A stretch of DNA of 64,000 nucleotides from Hydrurus foetidus (lineage: Eukaryota). Location: contig UYFQ01000001.1 in assembly GCA_900617105.1 (NCBI GenBank), forward strand, positions 4,960,001 to 5,024,000. Direction: 5' to 3'. Within the stretch, counting starts at the first letter, position 1. Each line of letters starts with the position of its first letter. Position numbers and translations under genes: made by a program. Below the pieces are notes generated by a model, which did not search any database, was not told the DNA's origin, and saw only the letters and a program-made list of their open reading frames with translations. Positions 51,109-61,184 of this stretch are shown piece after piece.

Positions 51109-52506
51109 TTATGCCAACCAACCATGAATCTTCGCATCGGCGTAAGTCAAATCCAGGCACGTGACAATCAGATCCATCATTTCGTCGATTTGTGCGTGTG
51201 TCATGATCAGCGGCGGTGCAATGATCATTCGGTCTCCAACGGCGCGCATGATCAACCCCGTTCTGAAACAGTGGCCCCTGCAGACCATGCCAACGGACGA
51301 AGATTCAGCAAAGCGCTCTTTGGTCTTTTTGTTTTTCACCAAAACCAGGCCAGCAGTGAAGCCGCAGGTCTCTGCTACGCCTACCAGCGGGTGTTCGTTG
51401 AGTTCCGCGTAACGTCTGGCCAGGTAGGGGCCAATATCGTTTTTAACCCTTTGAGGCAACTGTTCCCGCTCCATGACGGCAACGTTAGCCAGGCCGACTG
51501 CGCACGCAACCGGATGCCCGCTGTAGGTGTAGCCGTGGTTGAATTCCCCGCCTTGCTCAATCAACACTTCTGCAACCCGGTTGCCCACCATGACGCCACC
51601 AAGGGGTATGTAGCCGCTGGTCACTGCTTTGGCAAAAGTGACCAAATCAGGACGGTAGCCAAACTTTTCGTAGGCAAACCAGTGCCCCAGTCGCCCAAAG
51701 GCGCAAATCACCTCGTCGCTGATGAGAAGCACGCCGTACTTGTCAACAATGCGCTGAATTTCAGCCCAATAGGTACTTGGCGGAATGATCACGCCGCCCG
51801 CTCCTTGAAGCGGCTCTGCAATAAAGGCCGCAACTTTGTCTGCACCAAGTTGAAGAATTTTTTCTTCCAGCCAGCCAGCTGCACGAATACCAAACTCAGC
51901 CTCAGATTCGCCGGGCAGGCCGTTTTCAAAAAAGTACGGTTGAGCAATATGCGTCATGTTGGGCAATGGCAAATCACCCTGCGCGTGCATGCCGCTCATG
52001 CCGCCCAGCGATGCCGCAGCCATGGTGCTGCCGTGGTAACCGTTGATTCGCCCGATAATGGTTTTACGCTGCGGCTGCCCCAACAGATCCCAATAGCGGC
52101 GCACCATTCGCACATTTGAGTCGTTGCTTTCGCTCCCGCTGGAGGAGTAAAAAACGTGATTGAATGTGCGGCCGCCAGCGTCGGGCGCTAATCGTGCCAG
52201 CGTGGCAGCAAGCTCCACTGCAGGCACATTGGTGGTTTGAAAAAAACTGTTGTAGTACGGCAGCGTCATCATCTGGTGGTGCGCTGCATCGGCCAGTTCT
52301 TTTCGGCCATAGCCAACGTTGACGCACCACAAGCCGCTCATGCCATCAAGGATTCGATTTCCTTCTGAATCCCAAACGTATATGCCTTCGCCCCGAGTCA
52401 TGACCCTTGCGCCCTTGGTGGACAGGTCCTTGAAGTCAGTAAACGGGTGAAGGTAATGGGCGCTGTCGAGCGCGCGGATTCTTTCTGTGTCGATGACGTT
52501 TGGCAT
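51109..52506 (-). CDS. spuC: Putrescine:pyruvate-type class III aminotransferase (SpuC-like)
   Basis: HPFTD, DGMSGLWC, DEVICAFGR, FAKAVTSGY, HGYTYSGHP. Confidence 0.8.
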   Translation of the reverse strand: MPNVIDTERIRALDSAHYLHPFTDFKDLSTKGARVMTRGEGIYVWDSEGNRILDGMSGLWCVNVGYGRKELADAAHHQMMTLPYYNSFFQTTNVPAVELAATLARLAPDAGGRTFNHVFYSSSGSESNDSNVRMVRRYWDLLGQPQRKTIIGRINGYHGSTMAAASLGGMSGMHAQGDLPLPNMTHIAQPYFFENGLPGESEAEFGIRAAGWLEEKILQLGADKVAAFIAEPLQGAGGVIIPPSTYWAEIQRIVDKYGVLLISDEVICAFGRLGHWFAYEKFGYRPDLVTFAKAVTSGYIPLGGVMVGNRVAEVLIEQGGEFNHGYTYSGHPVACAVGLANVAVMEREQLPQRVKNDIGPYLARRYAELNEHPLVGVAETCGFTAGLVLVKNKKTKERFAESSSVGMVCRGHCFRTGLIMRAVGDRMIIAPPLIMTHAQIDEMMDLIVTCLDLTYADAKIHGWLA

Positions 52507-52562
52507 GATTTTGCTCTGTGTAAGTAAGGTCAATGGCAAAAAACAGGAGGGCAGCACGCTGG

Positions 52563-53933
52563 CTATACATGCAGCAAAAGATGCTCGCGCTCCCATGGCG
52601 AAATAACTTTCATGAATTCGGCAAACTCCAGTTCTTTAATTTCCGAATACACCGTAACGAACTCGTGGCCCAACACTTCATGCAGATCTGACTCACGGCG
52701 GAGCCAATCGAGTGCCTCGCCCAAACTGCGGGGTAACGAGTAAGGTGATTTGTAGGCATCGCCCAGCATTTCTGGCTTGGGTTTAATTTTGTTTTTAATG
52801 CCTAGATAACCGCACGCCAGCGTCATCGCCATCGCAACGTAGGGGTTAGCGTCGGCGCCGATTACTCGGTTTTCTATGCGCCTGGCTTCAGGCGATGCAA
52901 TCGGCGAGCGAATACCGACGGTACGATTGTCAGTACCCCACTCGATGTTGATCGGAGCAGCGGTGTCGCGCGACAGGCGGCGGTAGCTGTTGACATACGG
53001 AGCCACCAAGGCCATTGCCGCCGGAATGTAGCGTTGAAGACCGCCGATGTAATGGTAGAAATCATCTGACGGTGTGCCGTCTTCTTTGCTGAAAATGTTT
53101 TTACCAGTTGCAGTGTTGACGATGCTTTGGTGCACGTGCATGGCACTGCCGGGCTCGCCCGCAATCGGTTTTGCCATGAAAGTAGCGTACATGTTGTGCC
53201 GCAGTGCCGCCTCGCGCACGGTGCGTTTGAAAAAGAAGACCTCGTCCGCCAGGCCCAGAGGGTGGGCATGAAAAAAGTTAATTTCCATCTGCCCGGCACC
53301 TACTTCGTGAATCAATGTGTCTACATTGAGCTCCATTTTTTCGCAGTAGTCGTAAATCTCTTCGAACAACGGATCGAATTCGTTGACCGCATCAATACTG
53401 TAGGCTTGACGAGACGTTTCGGCGCGACCGCTGCGTCCAATCGGCGGGCGCAGCAGTGTGTTGGGGTCGGTGTTTCGGGCAACCAAGTAAAACTCGAGCT
53501 CTGGCGCAACAACAGGCGACAAACCTTCAGCAGCATACAAATCACAAACGCGGCGCAGTACGCTGCGTGGCGCAAAGGGAATCAACTTGCCCTGGGGGTC
53601 AAAACAGTCGTGAATGACCTGCGCAGTGGGGTCTGTTGCCCACGGAACAATGCGAACCGTAGACGGATCCGGCTGAAGGTGCATATCGCGGTCGTTGGGG
53701 CTGATTACGTCGTAGTAAGGGCCCTCGGTCGGGAACTCGCCTGTTACGCCCATGGCTACCACGGCCTCGGGCAGTCGCATGCCCCTGTCCTCGGTAAACT
53801 TCGCGCGCGGCAAAATTTTGCCCCTTGCAACCCCGGTCAGATCGGGTACGAGGCATTCAATTTCGGTGACCCGATGCTGGTTTAACCAATTTTCAAGGTC
53901 GGTAAAGGTGTTGACTGTTTTGGTAGTGGACAT
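52563..53933 (-). CDS. gamma-glutamylpolyamine synthetase (PuuA/SpuB-like)
   Basis: PDLTGVARGK, APELEFYL, HEVGAGQMEIN, ISPWEREHLLLHV. Confidence 0.85.
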   Translation of the reverse strand: MSTTKTVNTFTDLENWLNQHRVTEIECLVPDLTGVARGKILPRAKFTEDRGMRLPEAVVAMGVTGEFPTEGPYYDVISPNDRDMHLQPDPSTVRIVPWATDPTAQVIHDCFDPQGKLIPFAPRSVLRRVCDLYAAEGLSPVVAPELEFYLVARNTDPNTLLRPPIGRSGRAETSRQAYSIDAVNEFDPLFEEIYDYCEKMELNVDTLIHEVGAGQMEINFFHAHPLGLADEVFFFKRTVREAALRHNMYATFMAKPIAGEPGSAMHVHQSIVNTATGKNIFSKEDGTPSDDFYHYIGGLQRYIPAAMALVAPYVNSYRRLSRDTAAPINIEWGTDNRTVGIRSPIASPEARRIENRVIGADANPYVAMAMTLACGYLGIKNKIKPKPEMLGDAYKSPYSLPRSLGEALDWLRRESDLHEVLGHEFVTVYSEIKELEFAEFMKVISPWEREHLLLHV

Positions 53934-53997
53934 TGCTGGTTCCGGTTATCGACATGCTGTCAGTTTTTATAAATTAATGCTGTAGGAAGGTTTTGGG

Positions 53998-54816
53998 TCA
54001 CACGGCGTCGACTGGAATTTTCGTTTTAACGAGCATGTGCCTTGATGCATGGCGCTGTCTGCATGCGTTTCCGAAAGCATCAAAAATCGCGCTGTAGAAA
54101 TAATTCTCAGAGACTCTCCACTCTGGATGAAATTGCACCGCAACTGCAAAGTTTTTTGCGCCTTCGATCTCTACGGCCTCCACAAGCCCGTCGCTAGCAT
54201 GCCCCACCGCGCGCAGACCTCTTGCTAACCGGTCAATGCCTTGACCATGCAATGAGTTCACCTGTTGCTTGGTGCCGCGCGCCCACTTCGCAAACTGGCT
54301 GCTCGCTAAAAATTCAACTTCGTGCACGGAACGGTACGCTTCGTCAGTCGATGTTTTTTCAGGGCCTCGGTGATCAAATTTTCCGGGTTGGGCATGCACC
54401 GTCTGCAAAAGAGAGCCACCAAGAGCTACGTTGATTTCTTGAAACCCTCTGCAAATTCCTAAAATTGGTATGTCCCTTGCGACACACGCTTTTACCAATG
54501 CCAAAGTGATAGCGTCGCGCTCCGGGTCTAACGGCAAGCTTGGGTCTTCGACTGACTGATTAAAATAGCTCGGATGCACGTTTGACGGTGACCCTGTCAG
54601 CATGACACCGTCCACCAAATCTAACAGTGCACCAATTTGGGACTCTTCAGCTAGCGGAAACAACACAGGCTGCGCCCTGGCGCCAGTTTTCACCGCCCGC
54701 AGGTATTTGTCTCCGACCACGGCATAGGGCATACCCTCGCCATCTTCACCCAGTAGACGTCGGTCCACAGGCAACCACACTAATGGTTGCGTAGCCGTGT
54801 TTTTGATGCTGGTCAT
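53998..54816 (-). CDS. puuD: gamma-glutamyl-GABA hydrolase (peptidase C26; start may be 54855)
   Basis: GSPSNV, GICRGFQE, VNSLHGQ, VQFHPE. Confidence 0.88.
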   Translation of the reverse strand: MTSIKNTATQPLVWLPVDRRLLGEDGEGMPYAVVGDKYLRAVKTGARAQPVLFPLAEESQIGALLDLVDGVMLTGSPSNVHPSYFNQSVEDPSLPLDPERDAITLALVKACVARDIPILGICRGFQEINVALGGSLLQTVHAQPGKFDHRGPEKTSTDEAYRSVHEVEFLASSQFAKWARGTKQQVNSLHGQGIDRLARGLRAVGHASDGLVEAVEIEGAKNFAVAVQFHPEWRVSENYFYSAIFDAFGNACRQRHASRHMLVKTKIPVDAV

Positions 54817-54896
54817 GGTTGCGTTTTTAGGTGGAGGTTGTTGCGGTATTTGCATTCACAGCAATGCAATCTTGCACCTCAATTGGTTGATAATTG

Positions 54897-54929
54897 GAGC
54901 CACTTTGCGCTTTGCAAGCGGACCACTTT
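54897..54929 (+). promoter_or_regulatory. Candidate GabR/MocR operator in the puuD-regulator divergent region
   Basis: GAGCCACTTT-N13-GGACCACTTT direct repeat. Confidence 0.55.
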
Positions 54930-54990
54930 AAGATCAGGCAAAAATCACACCATCGCCTTCAAGTAACCAACCCAGCCAGAAAACGCACAT

Positions 54991-56475
54991 ATGTTGTCTG
55001 AATTCTTATTGTCTGAAATGGCAAGCCTTCGAGCAAGCCACGAGCTTCCATTGCACAGGCAGCTCTATGAGGCGCTCAGACGCGCTCTTCTTGATGGCCA
55101 TCTGCAGGCCGATGAGCGTTTGGCATCCAGCCGGGACCTCGCAAAAGACTTGCATCTTTCGCGCAATACCGTCATCACCGCACTGAATCAACTGGCAGTA
55201 GAGGGGTATTTAGTTTGTCGCACGGGTAGCGGCACCTATGCAAGCGGCAGCCTTCCAAAAGCTATAGCCAAACATCGCTCCAGCGAGGACAAGCAAACGC
55301 CCAGCCTGTCTTCTCGCGGCGCCGCTTTGACCAGCACACATACGGCCGACCAGCTAGAAGTTCAGCCTTTTACTGGCGGGGTGACAGATTTCAGCGCGTT
55401 TCCAATCGCACTTTGGCAGCGCCTGCAAAACAAGCACTGGCGAATGAGCTACCCGGACATGCTGGATTACAGCTATAGCGGCGGTCACGCGCCGCTTCGC
55501 CGCGCAGTCGCAAACTATCTGCGCGTGTTTCGCAGCGTTCACCTCGACAGTGACCAAGTAATTATTACGGCGGGCACGCAGCAGTCCATTAGTTTGTGCG
55601 CGCATTTGCTGGCCGATCATGGCGACACAGCCTGGATAGAAGACCCCGCGTATTGGGGCGCAATAAAAGCGTTGAGTGCAAGCGGATTAAAGCTGCACCC
55701 AGTGGCAGTCGATGCCGAAGGCGTTGCGCCCAGCCTGGAAGATGAAAAGACACCACCGCGCCTGATTTACGTTACTCCATCCCATCAATACCCGACCGGC
55801 GCTGTGATGTCGCTGGCCAGACGCCAGCAACTGCTGGCTACTGCCAGGCGCCACAGTTCGTGGATTCTTGAAGACGATTACGACAGTGAGTTTCGTTTCA
55901 GCGGCGCGCCAATGTCGTCATTAGAGGGGCTCGACTCAGATGACCGTGTGCTTTATATGGGCACGTTTTCAAAGGTGCTTTACCCAGGGTTGAAATTGGG
56001 CTACCTGGTCGTACCCAAAAGCTTGGTTGATAAATTTCGTCGGGCTCACTATGACTTGAATCGACCAGGCCAGACACCTGTGCAGGCTGCTCTTGCAGAG
56101 TTCATCGAAATGGGACATTTCGCGGCAGCGTTGCGTAAATCTCGCATTACCTATGCAAGACGACGTCAGTGCCTGCTCGATGGGCTGCAGATTTGCCTGA
56201 GTGAGCAAGCCTTTATCTCAGGCGCTGAGCAAGGACTGCACCTATGCCTGCACCTACCCAACACATTGGATGACCAATCGCTTGCCCGCAAGATTGCTGA
56301 CAACGGTTTGACCGTGCGGCCTTTATCTGCCTATTGCCTGGAAAGGCGCGATGCACGCGGGCTGATTATTGGCTACGGTTACGCGCGCCTTGCGGATATT
56401 GCGCAAGGCGCCCCGCTGCTGGGACGGCTTGTGTTGGATGCGATACAGCGCTGGAAGCACAGTTTGCCGACTTGA
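54991..56475 (+). CDS. MocR/GabR-family PLP-dependent regulator
   Basis: GntR wHTH (SSRDLAKDLHLSRNTV) plus YVTPSHQYPTG, EDDYDSEF, GTFSK. Confidence 0.92.
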   Translation: MLSEFLLSEMASLRASHELPLHRQLYEALRRALLDGHLQADERLASSRDLAKDLHLSRNTVITALNQLAVEGYLVCRTGSGTYASGSLPKAIAKHRSSEDKQTPSLSSRGAALTSTHTADQLEVQPFTGGVTDFSAFPIALWQRLQNKHWRMSYPDMLDYSYSGGHAPLRRAVANYLRVFRSVHLDSDQVIITAGTQQSISLCAHLLADHGDTAWIEDPAYWGAIKALSASGLKLHPVAVDAEGVAPSLEDEKTPPRLIYVTPSHQYPTGAVMSLARRQQLLATARRHSSWILEDDYDSEFRFSGAPMSSLEGLDSDDRVLYMGTFSKVLYPGLKLGYLVVPKSLVDKFRRAHYDLNRPGQTPVQAALAEFIEMGHFAAALRKSRITYARRRQCLLDGLQICLSEQAFISGAEQGLHLCLHLPNTLDDQSLARKIADNGLTVRPLSAYCLERRDARGLIIGYGYARLADIAQGAPLLGRLVLDAIQRWKHSLPT

Positions 56476-56510
56476 ACCAGTGTTCTCGCTGCGCGCTGTT
56501 CGGTGCTACT

Positions 56511-57821
56511 TCAGATGAGGTCACGCAACCGGTGATACGCAGTTCCCAACAGCAAGCTGGGCGTACGCAGCCAGCGCCCGCCGGGAAACGGCAAGTGCTT
56601 GAGCTGTGCAAACACATCAAATCGCTCGGCTTGTCCGGCAATAGCTTCGGCTACCAGCAGGCCGCCCAGCCCGGTAGCCGCAACTCCATGCCCGCTGAAT
56701 CCTTGCAAATAGTAGACATTGTTGCCATCACCCTGAAGTCGGCCAAAATCCGGCGCGCGGTTCATGCTGATGTCAACAAAGCCGCCCCAAACAAACTCGA
56801 TCGGAACGTCTTTCAGCGACCCAAACACAGCAACTAACCGCTTTTGCATAACCTCTTTTAAGTTACGCGGGGTCATTGTGGTGTAGCTAACTCGGCCGCC
56901 AAACAGCAGCCGGTTATCCGCGCTGAAGCGAAAGTAGTCGAGTACAAAATTGTTGTCACACACCGCCGCATTGCTGGGTATCAGTTTGGCCCTCAAAGCT
57001 GGATCAATAGGCGCAGTTGCCACCATGTAAGTTCCCACCGGCATGATTCGCGGACTCAACTTCGGTGCCACTGCCGGTGCGTACTCACTAAGCGAGTAAT
57101 TGCCGGCCAGTACTGCAAAGCGGGCCCGAACTGCCCCGCGGGCCGTTGTTGCCTGAACAACCGCTCCCCTCTTCAGTCCGGTTACTGCAGATTGTTCGAA
57201 AATTTGTACCCCTTTTGCAAGTGCGGCTGCTGCCAAGCCGAGGCCATACTTAAGCGGATGCAAATGCCCTGATGTGGTTTCAAACGCCGCCGCACAGTAC
57301 TTGTCGCTGTCGATGAATCGTGCAACATCTGCCCCTATAGCCAATTCACTCTCAAAGCCGTAGTTCTGATGCAAATCCTCTACCTCGCGAGCCAGTGCAT
57401 TTGCCTTTCGCGGCGAATCAGCCACTGTCAGGTAGGCTCTGACACGGTCACACTCAATCCCGTGCGCCGCAATGCGTTGATCCAAAAGGTCAATCGCCTC
57501 AATGGACATAGCCCAAGCCTGCTTCGCTGCCTGCATTCCTAACTGGTTTTCGAACGGAGCTTGCCCACTGGCAAAACCAACAATCGCCTGGCCGCCGTTG
57601 CGCCCGGATGCGCCGCTGCAGATCCTGTCCGCCTCGAGCACCACCACTCTGTAGCCTTTGTCCGCCAGGTCCAGGGCTGCTGACAACCCCGCAAAACCAG
57701 CACCTATCACCACAACGTCTGTATCAAGGTGCCCCTGCAGCGGCGCTACAACTTGCGAGCGTTGCGTGCTGTGTTCGTAATAGCTGCTGCGGTTGAGTTG
57801 CGTATCAGAAGTCAATAGCAT
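56511..57821 (-). CDS. puuB: FAD-dependent gamma-glutamylputrescine oxidase
   Basis: IGAGFAG, GASGRNGGQ, HLHPL, GFSGHGV. Confidence 0.82.
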   Translation of the reverse strand: MLLTSDTQLNRSSYYEHSTQRSQVVAPLQGHLDTDVVVIGAGFAGLSAALDLADKGYRVVVLEADRICSGASGRNGGQAIVGFASGQAPFENQLGMQAAKQAWAMSIEAIDLLDQRIAAHGIECDRVRAYLTVADSPRKANALAREVEDLHQNYGFESELAIGADVARFIDSDKYCAAAFETTSGHLHPLKYGLGLAAAALAKGVQIFEQSAVTGLKRGAVVQATTARGAVRARFAVLAGNYSLSEYAPAVAPKLSPRIMPVGTYMVATAPIDPALRAKLIPSNAAVCDNNFVLDYFRFSADNRLLFGGRVSYTTMTPRNLKEVMQKRLVAVFGSLKDVPIEFVWGGFVDISMNRAPDFGRLQGDGNNVYYLQGFSGHGVAATGLGGLLVAEAIAGQAERFDVFAQLKHLPFPGGRWLRTPSLLLGTAYHRLRDLI

Positions 57822-57849
57822 GAGCTAAATCCAAAGTTGTAAAGCAAGG

Positions 57850-58791
57850 TTAAGCAATGGGTTCGGCGTGCCGCTTCGCGTATTTCGCCACTTGACCGGA
57901 CAGATAAGTCCAAACAAAACTAGCCGCTGCGTTGGTGGTCAGCTCTGCATGGTCGTAGGCAGGCGCAACTTCCATGCAGTCCATTCCTACAAAATTCAAC
58001 GGCGCCAGGTCTTCTAAAAAAGTTAACGCTTGGGCGCTTGTCATACCTCCCACTTCGGGTGTGCCAGTACCCGGCGCAAAGGCAGGGTCGAGGCAGTCAA
58101 TGTCCAGACTGAGGTAGCACGGCGTGTCGCCGATACGGCGACGGATGTCGGCAATTACATGCGCCAGGCCTTCTCCGTCTTTGCCGCGCAAGCTGCGAGC
58201 AGAATAAATTTCTCCGCCTCGCGTACGCACGAAATCTCTTGATGCACGCTCACCGCTTGAACGCAAACCGATTTGCACCGTTTTTTTAGGGTCGACAAGT
58301 CCCTCTTGAATTGCCTCATAAGTCCACGTACCATGTCCGCTGGGCTCGCCAAAGTGATCAGTCCAGGTGTCGCAATGCGCGTCAAAATGGACAAGCGCCA
58401 GCTGACCGTGCCGCTTGTGCGCCGCTCTTAAAAGTGGCAGCGTTACCGAATGATCACCGCCCAAAAAAACGCAATGATGGTTCGCCATCAGAGCCGCGGC
58501 CTGGCTTTCAATATGCTCCCGAACTTGGGTAAGCGCTGATGCATTCGGCAAACGCATATCGCCAGCGTCACCCAAATAGCCGAGCGGCGACACATCAAAA
58601 TAAGGGTGAATTCCATCGCACAGCATCAGACTGGCGCGCCGTATTTCTTGCGGGCCGAAGCGTGCACCCGGCCGATTGGTAACCGCTCCGTCATACGGAA
58701 CCCCAGAAATTGCAAAAGGCTGCGCCTGAAGGACTGGCGCCGCAAGGAATCGCACTGAATTGTTTGCGTAGGCAAACTGGCCCATGCCCAT
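57850..58791 (-). CDS. speB: Agmatinase (ureohydrolase family)
   Basis: GGDHS, HFDAHCD, SLDIDCLDP, PGTGTPE. Confidence 0.85.
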   Translation of the reverse strand: MGMGQFAYANNSVRFLAAPVLQAQPFAISGVPYDGAVTNRPGARFGPQEIRRASLMLCDGIHPYFDVSPLGYLGDAGDMRLPNASALTQVREHIESQAAALMANHHCVFLGGDHSVTLPLLRAAHKRHGQLALVHFDAHCDTWTDHFGEPSGHGTWTYEAIQEGLVDPKKTVQIGLRSSGERASRDFVRTRGGEIYSARSLRGKDGEGLAHVIADIRRRIGDTPCYLSLDIDCLDPAFAPGTGTPEVGGMTSAQALTFLEDLAPLNFVGMDCMEVAPAYDHAELTTNAAASFVWTYLSGQVAKYAKRHAEPIA

Positions 58792-58960
58792 AAGAATTCC
58801 TTCAAATCGTTAATTTCTGAAGATACCTTAAACGACGGAAGCGAATGGAACCAATTTCAGAAAAACGCAAAAAACCACTTGCAGGAATTGCACTTTTACC
58901 CGTCAGAGGGCTTCCAAGGCAGGGGAATCAGCGTGCGATTCGAAGGCTTTCAAGAATCGG

Positions 58961-59650
58961 CTAGAGACCTACACACCAGGGCGCGGTGTTTTCCACCAGA
59001 CCCATCCACAGGGCCCACACCGAACTCGCAAGCAACGCCAATCCGGCAATGCGTATCGCCCATTGGCCGGTGCCCTGACCGAGCAGACGCAACCACAACC
59101 ACGGCCCGGCCATCAAGGAAACACCGCTTCCCATTGCAAAAAGTGCCATCACGACCGCACCTTCGGCGGAACTGCTGGTCATGGCCGCGACTAAAAGCGC
59201 TGAATGTAGTAATCCGCAGGGCAATAGCGCCCATAGAAATCCTAGCAAGCCTATCGACGCCGTTGCCGAATTGCCCGTAAGATTTTTCGTAGCTGAACGC
59301 ACGCTGTGCCACACCTTTCGCGCAGAGTCTTCAAGCCAAATAGGCTGCCGTGCCCGCCACAGCAGCATCAACCCCAACAGGGCCGCAGCCAAGTGAAAAA
59401 GCGTCCAAACGGGCCTGAACGCAGCTAAATGGACGCTCAACCAACCCAAGCCCTGCATAGACGCAGCAGCCAACCCTCCTAGCGCCGAATACCCCAACAG
59501 CCTGCCCGCCTGAAATATCCACAAAGCACGGGTGCTCTGCCCAGCTTGGGTACGCCCCATAGCACCACAAGCGGCACCACACATGGCAACGCAATGCGGC
59601 CCTCCAGCCAATCCCATGAGCAAAGCGGTTGCAGCTAACGCGGTTTGCAT
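58961..59650 (-). CDS. cbb3-associated membrane protein (DsbD_2/TauE-SafE-like)
   Basis: GGPHCVAMCG and LPCGL motifs. Confidence 0.8.
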   Translation of the reverse strand: MQTALAATALLMGLAGGPHCVAMCGAACGAMGRTQAGQSTRALWIFQAGRLLGYSALGGLAAASMQGLGWLSVHLAAFRPVWTLFHLAAALLGLMLLWRARQPIWLEDSARKVWHSVRSATKNLTGNSATASIGLLGFLWALLPCGLLHSALLVAAMTSSSAEGAVVMALFAMGSGVSLMAGPWLWLRLLGQGTGQWAIRIAGLALLASSVWALWMGLVENTAPWCVGL

Positions 59651-59780
59651 TTTGGAGCGTGCAAGAGTTTGTCCTGCAAGCGAAAGTCTTGCGCGCCTAC
59701 ATGTAAATCAGGCATAAAACGTCGCATCAAAGAAGCCTTTGATATTAAGGTTCATCATGCACCCAAATTTCAATCCGTCT

Positions 59781-59794
59781 TTGATTTAAATCAA
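59781..59794. promoter_or_regulatory. FNR box
   Basis: TTGAT-TTAA-ATCAA, perfect consensus, 51 bp upstream of the fnr ATG. Confidence 0.85.
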
Positions 59795-59845
59795 CGCCGC
59801 CTCAATTTTTCCCAGCAAAAAATCCAACTACAGCAGGAAAACACC

Positions 59846-60646
59846 ATGTCAGCCAGCGCCACCTTTTTCGTCTTGCCACCTCTTACCAGCGTCACACCAG
59901 CTCCACACACAGCGAAAGAGGTCAAATTGGATAAGCACTTCATCAAAACAGCTTGCTCGAACTGCAATATGCGTGAGCTTTGCATGCCGATTGGCTTGGA
60001 TGTTGATGAGTTAAAACGTGTTGATGATCTGGTGAGCAAACGGCCTTTTGTAAAGCGGGGCACTGCGTTGTTCCGAGCAGGCGACGCCTTTACAGCGCTT
60101 TACGCCATACGAAGTGGCTTTTTCAAGACAATAGTTATGTCAGAAGATGGTCAAGTTCAGGTCACGGGCTTTCAAATGGCGGGCGAAATCCTCGGGCTGG
60201 ACGGCATTGCCACTGACCTGCACACCTGTGATGCGATAGCGCTGGAAGACACTGAAGTCTGCGCCCTGCCCTTTGAGCGGATTGAGGAAATTGCCCGAGA
60301 GGTCAAAGCACTTCAGCACCACGTGCACAAAATCATGAGCCGCGAAATTGTGCGTGAACACGGCGTGATGCTTCTGCTGGGCAATATGCGGGCTGAGGAA
60401 AGACTGGCGGCTTTTTTGCTGAACCTGGTGCAGCGCCTGCATGCGCGTGGGTTCTCAAGCTCCGATTTAATTCTGCGCATGACGCGAGAAGAAATTGGCA
60501 GCTACTTGGGACTAACGCTTGAAACAGTGAGCCGTACTTTTTCAAAATTTGCAGACGACGGCATCATCACCGTGAACCAGCGGCACATTCATATTCAAGA
60601 TGCTGAAGCGCTTAAGCGCATCGTTAGCCACGAGCTGTGTCGTTGA
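59846..60646 (+). CDS. fnr: FNR/Anr oxygen-sensing regulator
   Basis: CSNCNMRELC plus a central Cys; EIGSYLGLTLETVSR HTH. Confidence 0.95.
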   Translation: MSASATFFVLPPLTSVTPAPHTAKEVKLDKHFIKTACSNCNMRELCMPIGLDVDELKRVDDLVSKRPFVKRGTALFRAGDAFTALYAIRSGFFKTIVMSEDGQVQVTGFQMAGEILGLDGIATDLHTCDAIALEDTEVCALPFERIEEIAREVKALQHHVHKIMSREIVREHGVMLLLGNMRAEERLAAFLLNLVQRLHARGFSSSDLILRMTREEIGSYLGLTLETVSRTFSKFADDGIITVNQRHIHIQDAEALKRIVSHELCR

Positions 60647-60899
60647 CATCCCGGGGCGGTTTGCTTAACCACAAAACAAGACTGCTGCAGGCCATGGCAA
60701 TGACCCAAAAACTAAAAAACGCCGCTGTGTAGGCCGCTTGGCGCGACGGTTGAACTGTTTGCCCCGGCCAATGTACTTCGCTCGGGTCAACAGCCGCAAA
60801 CACCAACGCCTCAAGTAAACAGGCCGCCAAAAAAGCGGGCCAGGTAATCAACACCCAGCGCCTGACGCCGCGCGACTTTTCAAGGTCAAGGCTTGGCAT
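60624..60899 (-). CDS. Small membrane protein of the cco cluster
   Basis: WPAFLAAC, FAAVDP, YTAAFFSFW; two hydrophobic segments. Confidence 0.7.
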   Translation of the reverse strand: MPSLDLEKSRGVRRWVLITWPAFLAACLLEALVFAAVDPSEVHWPGQTVQPSRQAAYTAAFFSFWVIAMACSSLVLWLSKPPRDVNDTARG

Positions 60900-61164
60900 G
60901 TTTGTCTCCGCCGGTCGCGCTGTGGTTGCGGCCTGTTTTGGCGGGCTGCATGGCAGGCTCTGCAATGCCGACTTCTTTGGCCAAAGCAAGACCTTCCTTG
61001 TAATAGTTCTCTGACACCACTGCGTCTGGACCCTGCAATATGTACACCGCCGTGACCGCACAAGCCAACACCGCCGACACGGGCCCGGCAATAACCATCC
61101 AGACGTAAAACTCTTTGTACCAGGGGCGAATAGTTGGCTTGGTTTGGGTCGTTATTTTCATCAT
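60886..61164 (-). CDS. FixH/CcoH-like protein (short form)
   Basis: PWYKEFYVWMVIAGP, YYKEGL. Confidence 0.75.
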   Translation of the reverse strand: MMKITTQTKPTIRPWYKEFYVWMVIAGPVSAVLACAVTAVYILQGPDAVVSENYYKEGLALAKEVGIAEPAMQPAKTGRNHSATGGDKHAKP

Positions 61165-61184
61165 TCAATGCTTTCAAGAAATCG

